DNA of 64,000 nt. Origin: Candidatus Velthaea sp. (GTDB taxonomy: Bacteria; Vulcanimicrobiota; Vulcanimicrobiia; Vulcanimicrobiales; Vulcanimicrobiaceae). A program made the translations under genes and the position numbers. The DNA lies in contig CBDCCS010000022.1 in NCBI GenBank assembly GCA_965214935.1, forward strand, positions 448,001-512,000, written 5' to 3'. This document shows, piece by piece, positions 1 to 9,145 of the stretch; the stretch's first letter is position 1, and each line of letters begins with the position of its first letter. The notes beneath the pieces were generated by a model. The model was not told the origin of the DNA and did no database searches. It saw nothing but the letters and a program-made list of their open reading frames with translations.

Positions 1-1311
1 GAAGGCGAGCTTCGGCCGCAAATCACCGATCGTATCGGTCTGCGCGTGTTCGTTACCTCCGCCAACGAGCGCGCCGGGCGCTTGGAAATCTACCGGCGCA
101 ACGCGCGTTTCGCGCGCAATCCGCACGCCGTGACTGCCGAATACGGCAAAGCCACTGCGGCGTACCGTACGCGCTTAGCGCGTGCAATCAAACTGTTGGA
201 TAGCGTGAGCGTCGAGCCGGAAGCAGAACGCGTCGCAATCGAAGCCGTCACCCGCCTGGGCATCGATAGTCATCGCACGGAGATCGTTACGCTCGAAGCG
301 GCCGTCGCACTCGCTGCCTGGGAAGGCCGCAAGGCGGCGACGGCGGCCGACGTCGTACGCGTGTTTCCGTTGGCGGCGCGCTTGCGGCGGTCGCGCCTTA
401 AAGTTGAAGCGCTATCGGAGCACCTTGCCGAAGACGCGGCGATCGCAAACGCGCTCGAACGTATAACGGCCGCCGATTCGAGCGCTACGGACGCCGACGA
501 CGATGCCCCGCCGAATGGTTCGGCAACGATCGTTTCACCTGAACTTACGCACAGGACGCCGCTCAAAAAACGGCCGCAGACGGCGACCGAAGGCCAGCCG
601 ATCGCCACCCGACCGCTCGACACCGGTCGCTTGGACATTACCGCGACGCTGGTCGACCGGCGTGTCGCGCAGGCCGCCGGCATTGCGGCCGATCCGCGCG
701 AACGCGTTGAAGTCGCGACGCCGCCACGGCTCAGCATCCTCGTCGTCGATGCATCGCTCTCGACCAAGGACGCTGCCGAGTACGTGCGTGCCGCCGCGCG
801 CGAACTGCTTCGTCCGATTTATGCCGAGCGCGAACGCGCGGCACTCATCTCGTGCTGGGGACCGCGTGCCGAAATCGTCGTCGACGAAAATACCGGCCGT
901 AATGTCGATTTAGTGGCATCGCGATTGCTCGAACTCGAACCCGGAAATGTAAAGACTTTGACTCCGCTCGCGGGCGCGCTCGAGCAAGTCCGGCGCATCA
1001 CCGAGCGATACCGGCGCGCGAATGCGGGCGGACATGTCGATGTTGCAATCTTCTCCGATGGCCGCGCGAACGTTCCGCTCGGTGAAGAAAGCGTTATTTC
1101 ATCGGCACTTGCAGCCGGCGATGCGAAGGCGCTCATGGAACTTGCCGCCGAACAATGCCGCGCGCTGGCCGTGACGATCGCGGGACGCGCGACGCTTACG
1201 TTCGTTAATCTCGATACCTATGAAGCATATCCGCTCATGCGCGAACTGGCAGTGCTTGCCAAAGGCCGTTACTTTGCGCTAACGGATGTTGTTGCGAAAG
1301 TTCCTTCTTAA
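1..1311 (+). CDS. bchD: Magnesium chelatase subunit D (AAA+ lid plus VWA domain), 5'-truncated by the window edge
   Basis: Frame is open from base 1 and reads EGELRPQITDRIGLRV (BchI/D AAA motif) and GIDSHRTEI. An acidic linker is followed by a VWA domain with MIDAS-like VVDASLS and IFSDGRANV. Lies upstream of bchH. Confidence 0.85.
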   Translation, partial: EGELRPQITDRIGLRVFVTSANERAGRLEIYRRNARFARNPHAVTAEYGKATAAYRTRLARAIKLLDSVSVEPEAERVAIEAVTRLGIDSHRTEIVTLEAAVALAAWEGRKAATAADVVRVFPLAARLRRSRLKVEALSEHLAEDAAIANALERITAADSSATDADDDAPPNGSATIVSPELTHRTPLKKRPQTATEGQPIATRPLDTGRLDITATLVDRRVAQAAGIAADPRERVEVATPPRLSILVVDASLSTKDAAEYVRAAARELLRPIYAERERAALISCWGPRAEIVVDENTGRNVDLVASRLLELEPGNVKTLTPLAGALEQVRRITERYRRANAGGHVDVAIFSDGRANVPLGEESVISSALAAGDAKALMELAAEQCRALAVTIAGRATLTFVNLDTYEAYPLMRELAVLAKGRYFALTDVVAKVPS

Positions 1312-1331
1312 TGTTATAACGGAATAACATT
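1292..1331 (+). promoter_or_regulatory. Sigma70-like promoter with overlapping inverted repeat, upstream of the histone-like gene
   Basis: TTGCGA (1292-1297), 17 nt, TATAAC (1315-1320). Inverted repeat AATGTTAT-N6-ATAACATT at 1310-1331. Confidence 0.55.
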
Positions 1332-1393
1332 CGCCGGCAGTAGCGCCGGTTGCGTTCATCGCGACCGCGATGAGAGAAGGATCGTTTCTGCTC

Positions 1394-1786
1394 ATGGCAG
1401 TGAAACGTACCGCCAAAAACGGCGGAAAAGCAACGGCCCGTAAAACATCGGCGCGTAAATCAACGAGCGTAAAAAAGACGGTTCGCAAACCGTTAGCGAG
1501 AAAAACCACAGCGAAATCCGCGACGAGCAAAGCCCTGCCGAAGAGCGGCGCGCGCAAGACGGTGCGCAAATCATCGAGCGCTAAGAAGACCGTGCGCAAA
1601 GCGGTGGCATCGCGGAAACCGGCGGTCGCTCGCAAAGTGACCGCAAAACCCGGCCGCAAAGCAACTGTAAAGCCGGCACGCAAAGTCGCGGTGAAAAAGA
1701 CCGTCCGCAAAGCCGCACCGCGTAAGGCCGCCGCGAAGAAAACCACTCGTAAGGCTGCACCGCGCAGTAAGTCGCGTACGTCGTAA
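1394..1786 (+). CDS. Histone H1-like Lys/Ala/Arg-rich nucleoid-associated protein
   Basis: Repeats such as KKTVRK and KAAPRK, no acidic residues. ATG 1394 follows AGAAGGA. Confidence 0.8.
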   Translation: MAVKRTAKNGGKATARKTSARKSTSVKKTVRKPLARKTTAKSATSKALPKSGARKTVRKSSSAKKTVRKAVASRKPAVARKVTAKPGRKATVKPARKVAVKKTVRKAAPRKAAAKKTTRKAAPRSKSRTS

Positions 1787-1794
1787 TCGACGCG

Positions 1795-1816
1795 GCCGGC
1801 TCTTCGCTGAGCCGGC
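1795..1816 (+). terminator. Hairpin after the histone-like gene
   Basis: GCCGGCTC-ttcgct-GAGCCGGC, with no clear U-tract. Confidence 0.4.
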
Positions 1817-1866
1817 ACTCGTAGGACGCTCGGCTCCGTTGAGTCGCATGCGACCTGCTCGGCTAG

Positions 1867-1909
1867 GGTGACGGCTATCACCGAGCGACCGGCGTCGGCG
1901 GCGTAGCGT
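1867..1909 (+). promoter_or_regulatory. CRP/FNR-like site plus -10 box of a probably leaderless bchH
   Basis: GGTGA-cggcta-TCACC (1867-1882) is centred 41.5 nt upstream of the ATG. TAGCGT (1904-1909) sits at -12..-7 relative to the ATG. No Shine-Dalgarno sequence. Confidence 0.7.
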
Positions 1910-1915
1910 CAGATC

Positions 1916-4900
1916 ATGAAGGTTGTCGGCTATTCATCCTGGGCTCCCGACGAGCGCGCAAATGCGATGCGTTTGGCATTTCGCGCGCTACGTGAAAAAA
2001 CGGGACAGCCGTGGGAACTCGAGCACTTTGGGGCGGCCGATTTCAACGATCCGGCGGCCTTGGGGCGGTTACGCCAAGCTATTCGAACCGCCGACATTGT
2101 CGTTGGCTGGCAATCGATGACGAACGATACCGTCGAGCGCATGGCACTGCTCATGACGGAGATGGATCGCGCCGGGGAACTCGAGCGAGTGAAGTTCCTC
2201 TGGTACGATATTCCCGATCCGCGCTTGCAGCAGCTGATGTTCAAGTCGCTGGGCTTCAGCTTCGATATGAACAAGTCGAACCCGATGCGCGAATTGTCGA
2301 TGGCGATTAAACGTTATCAGGCGAAGTCGAAGAACGAGACGATCGACGAGTTGTGGGAAGCGCGCGAAGGCTTTCTCGGCATGCAGAAAATGGTCGGGGC
2401 CGCGCCGTTGATGGCGAAGATCATGAAGAAGCCGGTGTTTAAATCGCTTGTCATGATCGGCTACTGGAACAATCGCAGCGTTAATAACATCGAAAACATG
2501 TTTTTGTACCTCATGGCCAATTTCATGAACAAGGCCTACGCCGGCGACGTCCCGCTGCCGGAAAAGGTCGAGAATGAAGGCATCTATCATCCGGCTCACA
2601 AGGGCTTGTTCCAAACACCGGAAGCGTATCTTGCGTGGTACGAACCGTGGTTTAAGCAAACTTATGGCCGCGGCGCGTGGGAGCGGGTCGGCTTTATTAC
2701 CCACGATCTGTTCTTAGTCGAATGGAACCACCCGACGCTCAATGCGATGATTGCCGCGTGGGAACAACGCGGCGTCGGCGTTATCTGCTCGATGACGGCG
2801 GTTTTTAACGCGCATATCGTTTCGCGCCGGCATTTATTAGCGACGAAATCCAAAGAGTCGCTAGTCGGCGCGGTCTACCATAACGTTCCGCTTTATTTAG
2901 CCGGTTCGATGTTCGCCGGTTCGCCCGATGCAACGATCGAGCTCATTCATGAACTGGGCGATCCGCGGGTCTACACGTCGCCGGTCAATGCAGCGATGTC
3001 GAAGGCCGAGCTGGCCGTTTCCAAATTCGGCGTTGCATCGCTTGAGTATATCGGCAACGTCGTTACGCCGGAAACCGAAGGCATTCAGCCGTTTCCGCCG
3101 ATTTGTTCGCGCGAGCAAACCAGCGCCGACGTCAGCGCGCTCGAACCGATACCCGACCGCGTCGAACTGGTCGCCGAAACATCGACTCGCTGGCTCAAAC
3201 TCCGCGCACTCGATAACGCCGCGAAAAAAGTAGCGCTGTTCGTGTATAACTTCCCGCCCGGTCCGGGTAACGTCGGTGTCGCGTTATTTCTCGACGTCGC
3301 GGCGTCATTGCGTTCGGTACTTGAAACGCTGCGCGACGACGGTTATACCGTTTTGGATATCGACGGCAGCGATGCAGCGACGTCGCAAAAATTACAAAGC
3401 ATGTATGCCGGATATGAAACGGTCGGAGCCGTTTCGAGCGCAGAGATCCGCGATTGGGTGCACGATCTGCCCGTCGCTCACGAAGCGCTCTTCTACGATG
3501 TGTGGGGCCAGCCGCCGGCGACGATTCCGATCAAGGGTCTTCGGTACGGCAACATCCTCGTTCTGTTGCAAGACATGCGCGGAATGGAAGATCTCAGTGC
3601 CGTCCATGATAAAGGCGCGCCGCCGTCACCCTGGCTGCTCGCTTCATATCGCTATGCGACGCGCCGTTTTAATGCCGACGCCCTCGTTCACGTCGGCACG
3701 CATGGTCTGGTCGAATGGTCGAAAGGTAAAGAATGGTGTCCCGCCGCGGGCGATTACCCGGAGTTTCTCATCGACCGGACCCCGCATGCATACATCTTCA
3801 ATATCGTCGATCCGGTCGAAGCCTCGATTGCACGCCGGCGCTCATACGCTACGATTCTCTCGCATTTGTGTCCGCCGCTCGTTTCAGTCGACGGCAGTGA
3901 AGATTTGCGCAACCTGCATCGGCTCGTACACGACTATTACAATACGAATTCAACCCAACTTGAGAAGCGGACCGACTTGAGCGCCGAGATTGCCGAAGTC
4001 GTCGAGCGGTCGGGTCTGCGAATCGATGCGCCGGGTGAAACGTATGCCGACGAGCGTTCGTTCGTCGCGCGCGTTCATGACGAGCTTGTCTCGCTCGACG
4101 GCGAATTCGCGCCGGCGGGTCAGCACGTCTTCGGGCGCAATCTCAGTGACGCAGACCGGCGCTCGACGTTCGAGGCGTGCCTTGAATTTTGCGATGTCGA
4201 TTTGTACCGGCTGGTCGCCAACTGCTATGCTATCGACTACGACCGGCTCAAGCGCGAGCCGCAAGGCCGCGATGCCGACGGCAGCTACAATCACGAGCTA
4301 CTCGACGGCCTGCGTGAAGCCGGCCGCGAGATCATCGCCGGCGAGGTCCTGCGCGGCGGCGCTCTCGGGCGCACGGCAATGCTCGGGATCTTGCAGAGCC
4401 GCACGATCGGTTCGTATCGGTTGAGCTCGAGTCCCTACGATGCCAAAGAACTTGGTGCTTTCATCGAGCGGGCGCGTGAACTCTATACGTTGCTCGGCAG
4501 TGTCGGCGACGACGAGCGCAAAGGTTTGCTGCGTGCGCTTTCCGGCCGCTATCTGGCACCGTCGATGGGCGGCGAGGTCGTCGGTGATTGGACGGTCTTG
4601 CCGACGGGCCGTAATATGGCCTCGACCGACGTCCGGATGCTGCCGCGCGAAGCGGCTTCACGCAAGGCGCGCCGCACGGTCGAGCAAATACTCAGCGCAG
4701 CGGTCGCCGAGCGCGGACATTACCCGGCGACCGTCGGGGTCGTGCTTTGGGGTTCGGAGGTTCTGGAGAGCGACGGCGTCGGTATCGCTCAGGCGCTCGA
4801 TCTCATGGGCGCTCGCGTTCGCAAAGACCGCTTCAATCGAGCGGAAACCGTCGAGCTTATTTCGCTCGACGAACTCGGCCGGCCGCGCATCGACATCCTC

Positions 4901-5812
4901 GCCAACACGTCGGTCGTTTTCAAAAATACGTTTCCGGGCGCGATCCGGCTCATTCACGAGGCGGCTGAACTCGCTGCCGGCGCAGATGAGCCGTACGAGT
5001 GGAATTACGTCAAGCGGCACACCGATGAGCTCATTGCTGCCGGACAAGCTCCCCGACTGGCGCGAGCACGCTGTTTCGGCATGGGCGAAGATGCATTCAT
5101 GGGCCAAGTCGGCGCGATGCTCGATACCGGCAAGTTCGGTGATTACACCGACATCGGCAATGCATGGATGAGCGATAACTCAAATGCGTATCTGCCGCAG
5201 TACGCTTCGATTCTCGTCGAGCCGGCCGTCGACGTGCAGCGTTACCTGGTTGAAACCGTCGAAGTCATTCAGCAGCCGATGGTGCAGATGGCTGCCGGGG
5301 GACCGGTCAAGGAAGATATGTTCGCTTCGTTCACCTCGGCATTCGGCGCAGCTAAGCGGACGCTGGGTCATGCCGATACGATGATTGTCGTTAGCGACCT
5401 CACGCGTCGGGAACCGAAGGTGAGAAACTTTCGCAATGTGGTCGTGAACGGCGTTCTCACGCGGTTTCATTCCCAAGCATGGCGCGACCGGATGATGCAG
5501 CACGGTTATTCCGGCGTAATGGAATTCGGCGATATCTTCAAAGCCATGCGCTCGACCGAAGCGGCGCTCGGCGATACGATCACCCCCGAGCTCTGGAAAC
5601 GAACCGTCGAGGTTACGCTGACCGAATGGGAACGCATCTCGGATGCCAATCCGCATAAAACCCGCGATCTCGGCGAGATATTGCTCGACACCCGGCGACG
5701 CGGAATGTGGGAGGACCGCGAACTCGAGCAGCAGCTCAAAGATAAACTCAATGAACTAGATGCCGATGTAGAGCTTGCCAGCTATCGGCGTCAACTCACG
5801 AAAGATGCGTAA
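1916..5812 (+). CDS. bchH: Magnesium chelatase subunit H (CobN/BchH family)
   Basis: 1298 aa. Motifs KKVALFVYNFPPGPGNVG, HVGTHGLVEW, EASIARRRSYAT, VLPTGRN, LGRPRIDI and MMQHGYSG. Adjacent to bchD and shares its promoter motif with bchL and bchN. Confidence 0.85.
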   Translation: MKVVGYSSWAPDERANAMRLAFRALREKTGQPWELEHFGAADFNDPAALGRLRQAIRTADIVVGWQSMTNDTVERMALLMTEMDRAGELERVKFLWYDIPDPRLQQLMFKSLGFSFDMNKSNPMRELSMAIKRYQAKSKNETIDELWEAREGFLGMQKMVGAAPLMAKIMKKPVFKSLVMIGYWNNRSVNNIENMFLYLMANFMNKAYAGDVPLPEKVENEGIYHPAHKGLFQTPEAYLAWYEPWFKQTYGRGAWERVGFITHDLFLVEWNHPTLNAMIAAWEQRGVGVICSMTAVFNAHIVSRRHLLATKSKESLVGAVYHNVPLYLAGSMFAGSPDATIELIHELGDPRVYTSPVNAAMSKAELAVSKFGVASLEYIGNVVTPETEGIQPFPPICSREQTSADVSALEPIPDRVELVAETSTRWLKLRALDNAAKKVALFVYNFPPGPGNVGVALFLDVAASLRSVLETLRDDGYTVLDIDGSDAATSQKLQSMYAGYETVGAVSSAEIRDWVHDLPVAHEALFYDVWGQPPATIPIKGLRYGNILVLLQDMRGMEDLSAVHDKGAPPSPWLLASYRYATRRFNADALVHVGTHGLVEWSKGKEWCPAAGDYPEFLIDRTPHAYIFNIVDPVEASIARRRSYATILSHLCPPLVSVDGSEDLRNLHRLVHDYYNTNSTQLEKRTDLSAEIAEVVERSGLRIDAPGETYADERSFVARVHDELVSLDGEFAPAGQHVFGRNLSDADRRSTFEACLEFCDVDLYRLVANCYAIDYDRLKREPQGRDADGSYNHELLDGLREAGREIIAGEVLRGGALGRTAMLGILQSRTIGSYRLSSSPYDAKELGAFIERARELYTLLGSVGDDERKGLLRALSGRYLAPSMGGEVVGDWTVLPTGRNMASTDVRMLPREAASRKARRTVEQILSAAVAERGHYPATVGVVLWGSEVLESDGVGIAQALDLMGARVRKDRFNRAETVELISLDELGRPRIDILANTSVVFKNTFPGAIRLIHEAAELAAGADEPYEWNYVKRHTDELIAAGQAPRLARARCFGMGEDAFMGQVGAMLDTGKFGDYTDIGNAWMSDNSNAYLPQYASILVEPAVDVQRYLVETVEVIQQPMVQMAAGGPVKEDMFASFTSAFGAAKRTLGHADTMIVVSDLTRREPKVRNFRNVVVNGVLTRFHSQAWRDRMMQHGYSGVMEFGDIFKAMRSTEAALGDTITPELWKRTVEVTLTEWERISDANPHKTRDLGEILLDTRRRGMWEDRELEQQLKDKLNELDADVELASYRRQLTKDA

Positions 5813-5960
5813 CCGGTAACGCACTAGACGATCTGGGCGAACGAAAGTCATACACGAGCTCTTGCGCACGAAGCGGTTTTGGATGAATTCCGGACGAACG
5901 TGGGCGGTTGGTCAGCGTGTACCGCGCGATTCGGTTGCGCAAGAGAGGGCCGCCACGTAA

Positions 5961-7529
5961 ATGAATGGACTGCCGGTCTACATGCCGCACGGCATGTGCT
6001 TCGCTTGGCAGCCGAGTCTGCTCGCGCTACACATCATTGCGGATGCAACGATCGGTATAGCGTACTTTGCAATTGCCGGGACGCTAGCCTGGTTTGTCAT
6101 CAAGCGGCCCGACTTACCGTTCCGAAGTATCTTTTGGATGTTCGCGCTGTTCATCGTATCGTGCGGAACGACGCATTTTCTCTCGATCTACGTGATTTGG
6201 CACCCGGCTTACTGGCTCGAAGGCGAAGTAAAGGCGCTAACGGCGTTCGTTTCGATCGCGACGGCGATTCTGCTCGTGCCGCTCATTCCGAAGGCGCTCG
6301 CTTTGCGTGCGCCCGGCGAACTCGAAAAACTTAACACGGCACTTGCCCGGACGCTCGGCGAACTGCACGACGTCGTACGCAGCTATGAACATGAGAAATA
6401 CATTGCCGGGAGTTTTCAAAGCGCGTCACTGGCGGATATCCCGTCATCGATCGGTGATATCCGCGTATCTGCCGTCTACCGCCCGGGCAGCGGCGATCTC
6501 GAGATCGGCGGTGATTGGTACGATGCGTTCGTTCTGCTCGACGGGCGCGTCGTGATCTCGATCGGTGACGTCACCGGAACGGGCCTTGCGGCTTCGATCA
6601 TTATGTCAAAAGTGCGTCAAGCGATTCGGGTTGCAGCGCAGATCCAAGTCGATCCGGCTCGCATTCTCGACGCGGCAAGCCGCTCGTTAGAAATCGAATT
6701 CCCCGACACGATCGTAACCGCGTTCGTCGGCATTATCGATACTGCCGAGAACGTGTTGCAATACGCCAATGCGGGACATCCGCGCCCCGTCGTGCGAAAC
6801 CCGGACGCAACGCTCGTGGAACTTGACGGCGCTTCGCTACCGCTCGGTCTGCGGCGCCGGGGCGAAGATCATAGCTCGCATTGGGATCTGCGGTCGGGCG
6901 CGCTAATCGTCCTCTACACCGACGGTTTGACCGAATCAACGCATGATTACCTCGAAGGCGATCGGCGCTTTCGATCGGTGCTCTTAGGCGAGGGTCTGGC
7001 GGACGCCCAAGACCCCGCTCGCACGATCTTTGACGCGATCCTCATCGAGGGCGTCCGCGACGACGTCGCGATCATGACCTTCCGCCTTCCCGATACGGTC
7101 ATGAACACCAGCGACGAGCAGTGGACGTTCGACTCGGGCGACCACGAACGCGCCGGTGAAATCCGCCGCACGATCGGTGCCAAGCTCGAAGCGCGCGGCG
7201 GAACGTTCGAGAACGTTTTCAATGCCGACATGGTGTATTCCGAACTGATCAGCAACGTTTACCGCTATGCCCCCGGCCCGGTATGCGTCCGGATTAATTG
7301 GCGGGGCAACACCATGGTGTTGCACGTTCTCGACGACGGCGGCGGATTCGAGTTCTTGCCTGAATTGCCCGACGATCCGATGTCCGAACGCGGGCGCGGT
7401 CTGTTTATCATCAACGCACTCGTCGAGGATTTTCACATTCAGCGCCGGCGTTCGGGCGGCAGCCACGCACGCGTCGTGTTACGTGCGCCGCTGCGTCAAA
7501 GCCGTTCCGCCGTCATGCAGCTCGCCTGA
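5961..7529 (+). CDS. Membrane sensor: ETR1-type ethylene-binding TM domain + SpoIIE/PP2C phosphatase + RsbW-like HATPase
   Basis: N-terminus ADATIGIAYFAI...FALFIVSCGTTH...VKALTAFVS. PP2C motifs GGDWYD, GDVTG, NAGHP, YTDGLTE and DDVA. HATPase motifs ELISN, DDGGGF and ERGRGL. Confidence 0.85.
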   Translation: MNGLPVYMPHGMCFAWQPSLLALHIIADATIGIAYFAIAGTLAWFVIKRPDLPFRSIFWMFALFIVSCGTTHFLSIYVIWHPAYWLEGEVKALTAFVSIATAILLVPLIPKALALRAPGELEKLNTALARTLGELHDVVRSYEHEKYIAGSFQSASLADIPSSIGDIRVSAVYRPGSGDLEIGGDWYDAFVLLDGRVVISIGDVTGTGLAASIIMSKVRQAIRVAAQIQVDPARILDAASRSLEIEFPDTIVTAFVGIIDTAENVLQYANAGHPRPVVRNPDATLVELDGASLPLGLRRRGEDHSSHWDLRSGALIVLYTDGLTESTHDYLEGDRRFRSVLLGEGLADAQDPARTIFDAILIEGVRDDVAIMTFRLPDTVMNTSDEQWTFDSGDHERAGEIRRTIGAKLEARGGTFENVFNADMVYSELISNVYRYAPGPVCVRINWRGNTMVLHVLDDGGGFEFLPELPDDPMSERGRGLFIINALVEDFHIQRRRSGGSHARVVLRAPLRQSRSAVMQLA

Positions 7530-7613
7530 GCCGACTGCCGGTCCGCGGACACGTACGTTCCAGGCCCAAGCGCGCGCCGAGTCGTCGGAACCCGGCGCTG
7601 CTTCGGCGCTGAA

Positions 7614-7751
7614 CTAGAAGCCGAGTATACCGACTTTACCGGTGCGGTCGATCCGGTCCAGGAGTGGCGGCATGATGAAAAACGCGCCGATCGAGCCGAT
7701 CGCCATGACGATAAGAACGACGAGGACGGGGACATACGATGGATCTGACAT
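7614..7751 (-). CDS. Small single-TM protein (45 aa), not in the ORF track
   Basis: MSDPSYVPVLVVLIVMAIGSIGAFFIMPPLLDRIDRTGKVGILGF*. AGAAAGAGG SD upstream. Fills the gap between the sensor gene and bchL. Confidence 0.7.
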   Translation of the reverse strand: MSDPSYVPVLVVLIVMAIGSIGAFFIMPPLLDRIDRTGKVGILGF

Positions 7752-7792
7752 ACGCCTCTTTCTGCTGAGTAATGCGGCCGGGCGGGCTGCCC

Positions 7793-7834
7793 GTGATGGT
7801 TATCACCGTTCACCTGGCCCTGCCGGAGTAGCGT
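7793..7834 (+). promoter_or_regulatory. CRP/FNR-like site plus -10 box upstream of bchL
   Basis: GTGAT-ggtt-ATCAC (7793-7806) and TAGCGT (7829-7834). Same hexamer and same spacing as at bchH. Confidence 0.7.
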
Positions 7835-7885
7835 ACCCATAGGACTCGCATGCCGCGAGTTCAGGTACGTCGGCCCGGAGGACAG

Positions 7886-8722
7886 ATGCTAAAAATCGCG
7901 GTTTACGGCAAAGGTGGAATCGGCAAAAGTACGTTTTCATCGAATCTTTCGGCCGCGTTCGGACGCATTGGAAAGCGCACTATTCAAGTCGGCTGCGATC
8001 CCAAGCACGATTCGACCTTTACGCTGACCGGAAATCTTATCCCGACCGTCGTTGAGGTTCTCTCGTCATATAAGTTCAAAACCGACGAGATCGAGCGCGA
8101 TGAAATCATCTTCAAAGGCAAGTACGGTGTTGATTGCGTGGAAGCCGGCGGTCCGCCCGCAGGCGCGGGTTGCGGCGGCTATGTCGTCGGAGAAACGGTC
8201 AAACTGCTCGAAAAATTCGGTGTTTATAAAGATTACGAAGTTATGATTTTCGACGTACTGGGCGACGTCGTATGCGGGGGCTTCTCTGCGCCGCTTCAGC
8301 ATTCCGAACAAGTCATCATCGTTGCAACGAACGACTTCGACTCAATTTTCGCTGCCAATCGCATTGCGACGGCGATCGGCATCAAACAGAAGACCGGCGG
8401 CGGTATGCTTGCCGGATTGGTCGCCAATCGTGCAAGCAATACGGAACTCGTCGGCCCGTACGCCGAACGCATCGGCTCCGTCTGCTTAGCGGTTATTCCG
8501 GAGAACGACGGTGTTCGTAAGAGCCGCTTGACCGCCCAGACCGTTTTCGAGCAAGATCCTAGCGGCTTCATCGGCCGTCCCTGGGTCGACTTGGCGGAAC
8601 GCCTCCTCGCCGGCATTCCGCTGGTCGTACCGACGCCGATCCCCGAACGCGAGCTCTTTTCGCAGCTCGGCGCCGATTATGTCCGCGCCGCCGACATTGC
8701 GGCGCCGGCAATGGCGGTATAG
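7886..8722 (+). CDS. bchL: Dark-operative protochlorophyllide reductase Fe-S ATP-binding subunit L
   Basis: [23 protein letters not shown] (BchL/ChlL type), [24 protein letters not shown] and [20 protein letters not shown] before ATG 7886. Confidence 0.92.
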   Translation: MLKIAVYGKGGIGKSTFSSNLSAAFGRIGKRTIQVGCDPKHDSTFTLTGNLIPTVVEVLSSYKFKTDEIERDEIIFKGKYGVDCVEAGGPPAGAGCGGYVVGETVKLLEKFGVYKDYEVMIFDVLGDVVCGGFSAPLQHSEQVIIVATNDFDSIFAANRIATAIGIKQKTGGGMLAGLVANRASNTELVGPYAERIGSVCLAVIPENDGVRKSRLTAQTVFEQDPSGFIGRPWVDLAERLLAGIPLVVPTPIPERELFSQLGADYVRAADIAAPAMAV

Positions 8723-8728
8723 GCCGGT

Positions 8729-9103
8729 TTAGCTCTTCAGTTTACCCATCGCCATGTTGGCGTTGTCAAGGATCAAAATCCGGTCGGCATGGCGCGAGCC
8801 CAACAGCTTTTGGTCGAAGTAGACCTTGACGTATTGGCCCTCTTTGAGAGCCGCCTGCTGTTGCGTCGTCTGACCCTTGCCTTTAAAAATCTTATTGAAG
8901 TGCGGAACCATCAAAAAGCTCAAGGTCTGCTTGGTCGCCGGGTTCATGACCTTAATGTTGTTCGGCGAAACATGTTCGACGAGGCCTTGAAAAATTTGGG
9001 AGCCGGCTCGCACCTTGGCATCCGCTCCGACGAATGGTAGCCCCATCACGGCGACGGCTCCGGCGAGCGCGACGATGCGGGCGCGATACGATTGCTTTCT
9101 CAT
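8729..9103 (-). CDS. Exported hypothetical protein
   Basis: Signal peptide ending ADA, followed by a small basic beta-rich mature domain. Confidence 0.7.
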   Translation of the reverse strand: MRKQSYRARIVALAGAVAVMGLPFVGADAKVRAGSQIFQGLVEHVSPNNIKVMNPATKQTLSFLMVPHFNKIFKGKGQTTQQQAALKEGQYVKVYFDQKLLGSRHADRILILDNANMAMGKLKS

Positions 9104-9145
9104 ACCTGCCGTTTACCCACATCGAGGCAAGGGATGCAGTCGAGC

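Noticed and set aside
1279..1881. Hydrophobic 200-aa minus-strand ORF
   Set aside because: Antisense mirror of the Lys/Ala-rich histone-like gene.
1916..5812. Cobaltochelatase cobN
   Set aside because: No cobalamin genes nearby, and the bch context plus shared promoter motif favour bchH. Phylogeny would be decisive.
7614..7751. Light-harvesting alpha/beta polypeptide
   Set aside because: Lacks the BChl-ligating His and the conserved Trp.
7886..8722. Nitrogenase nifH or bchX
   Set aside because: [12 protein letters not shown] and [12 protein letters not shown] are BchL/ChlL signatures, and bchNB are present.
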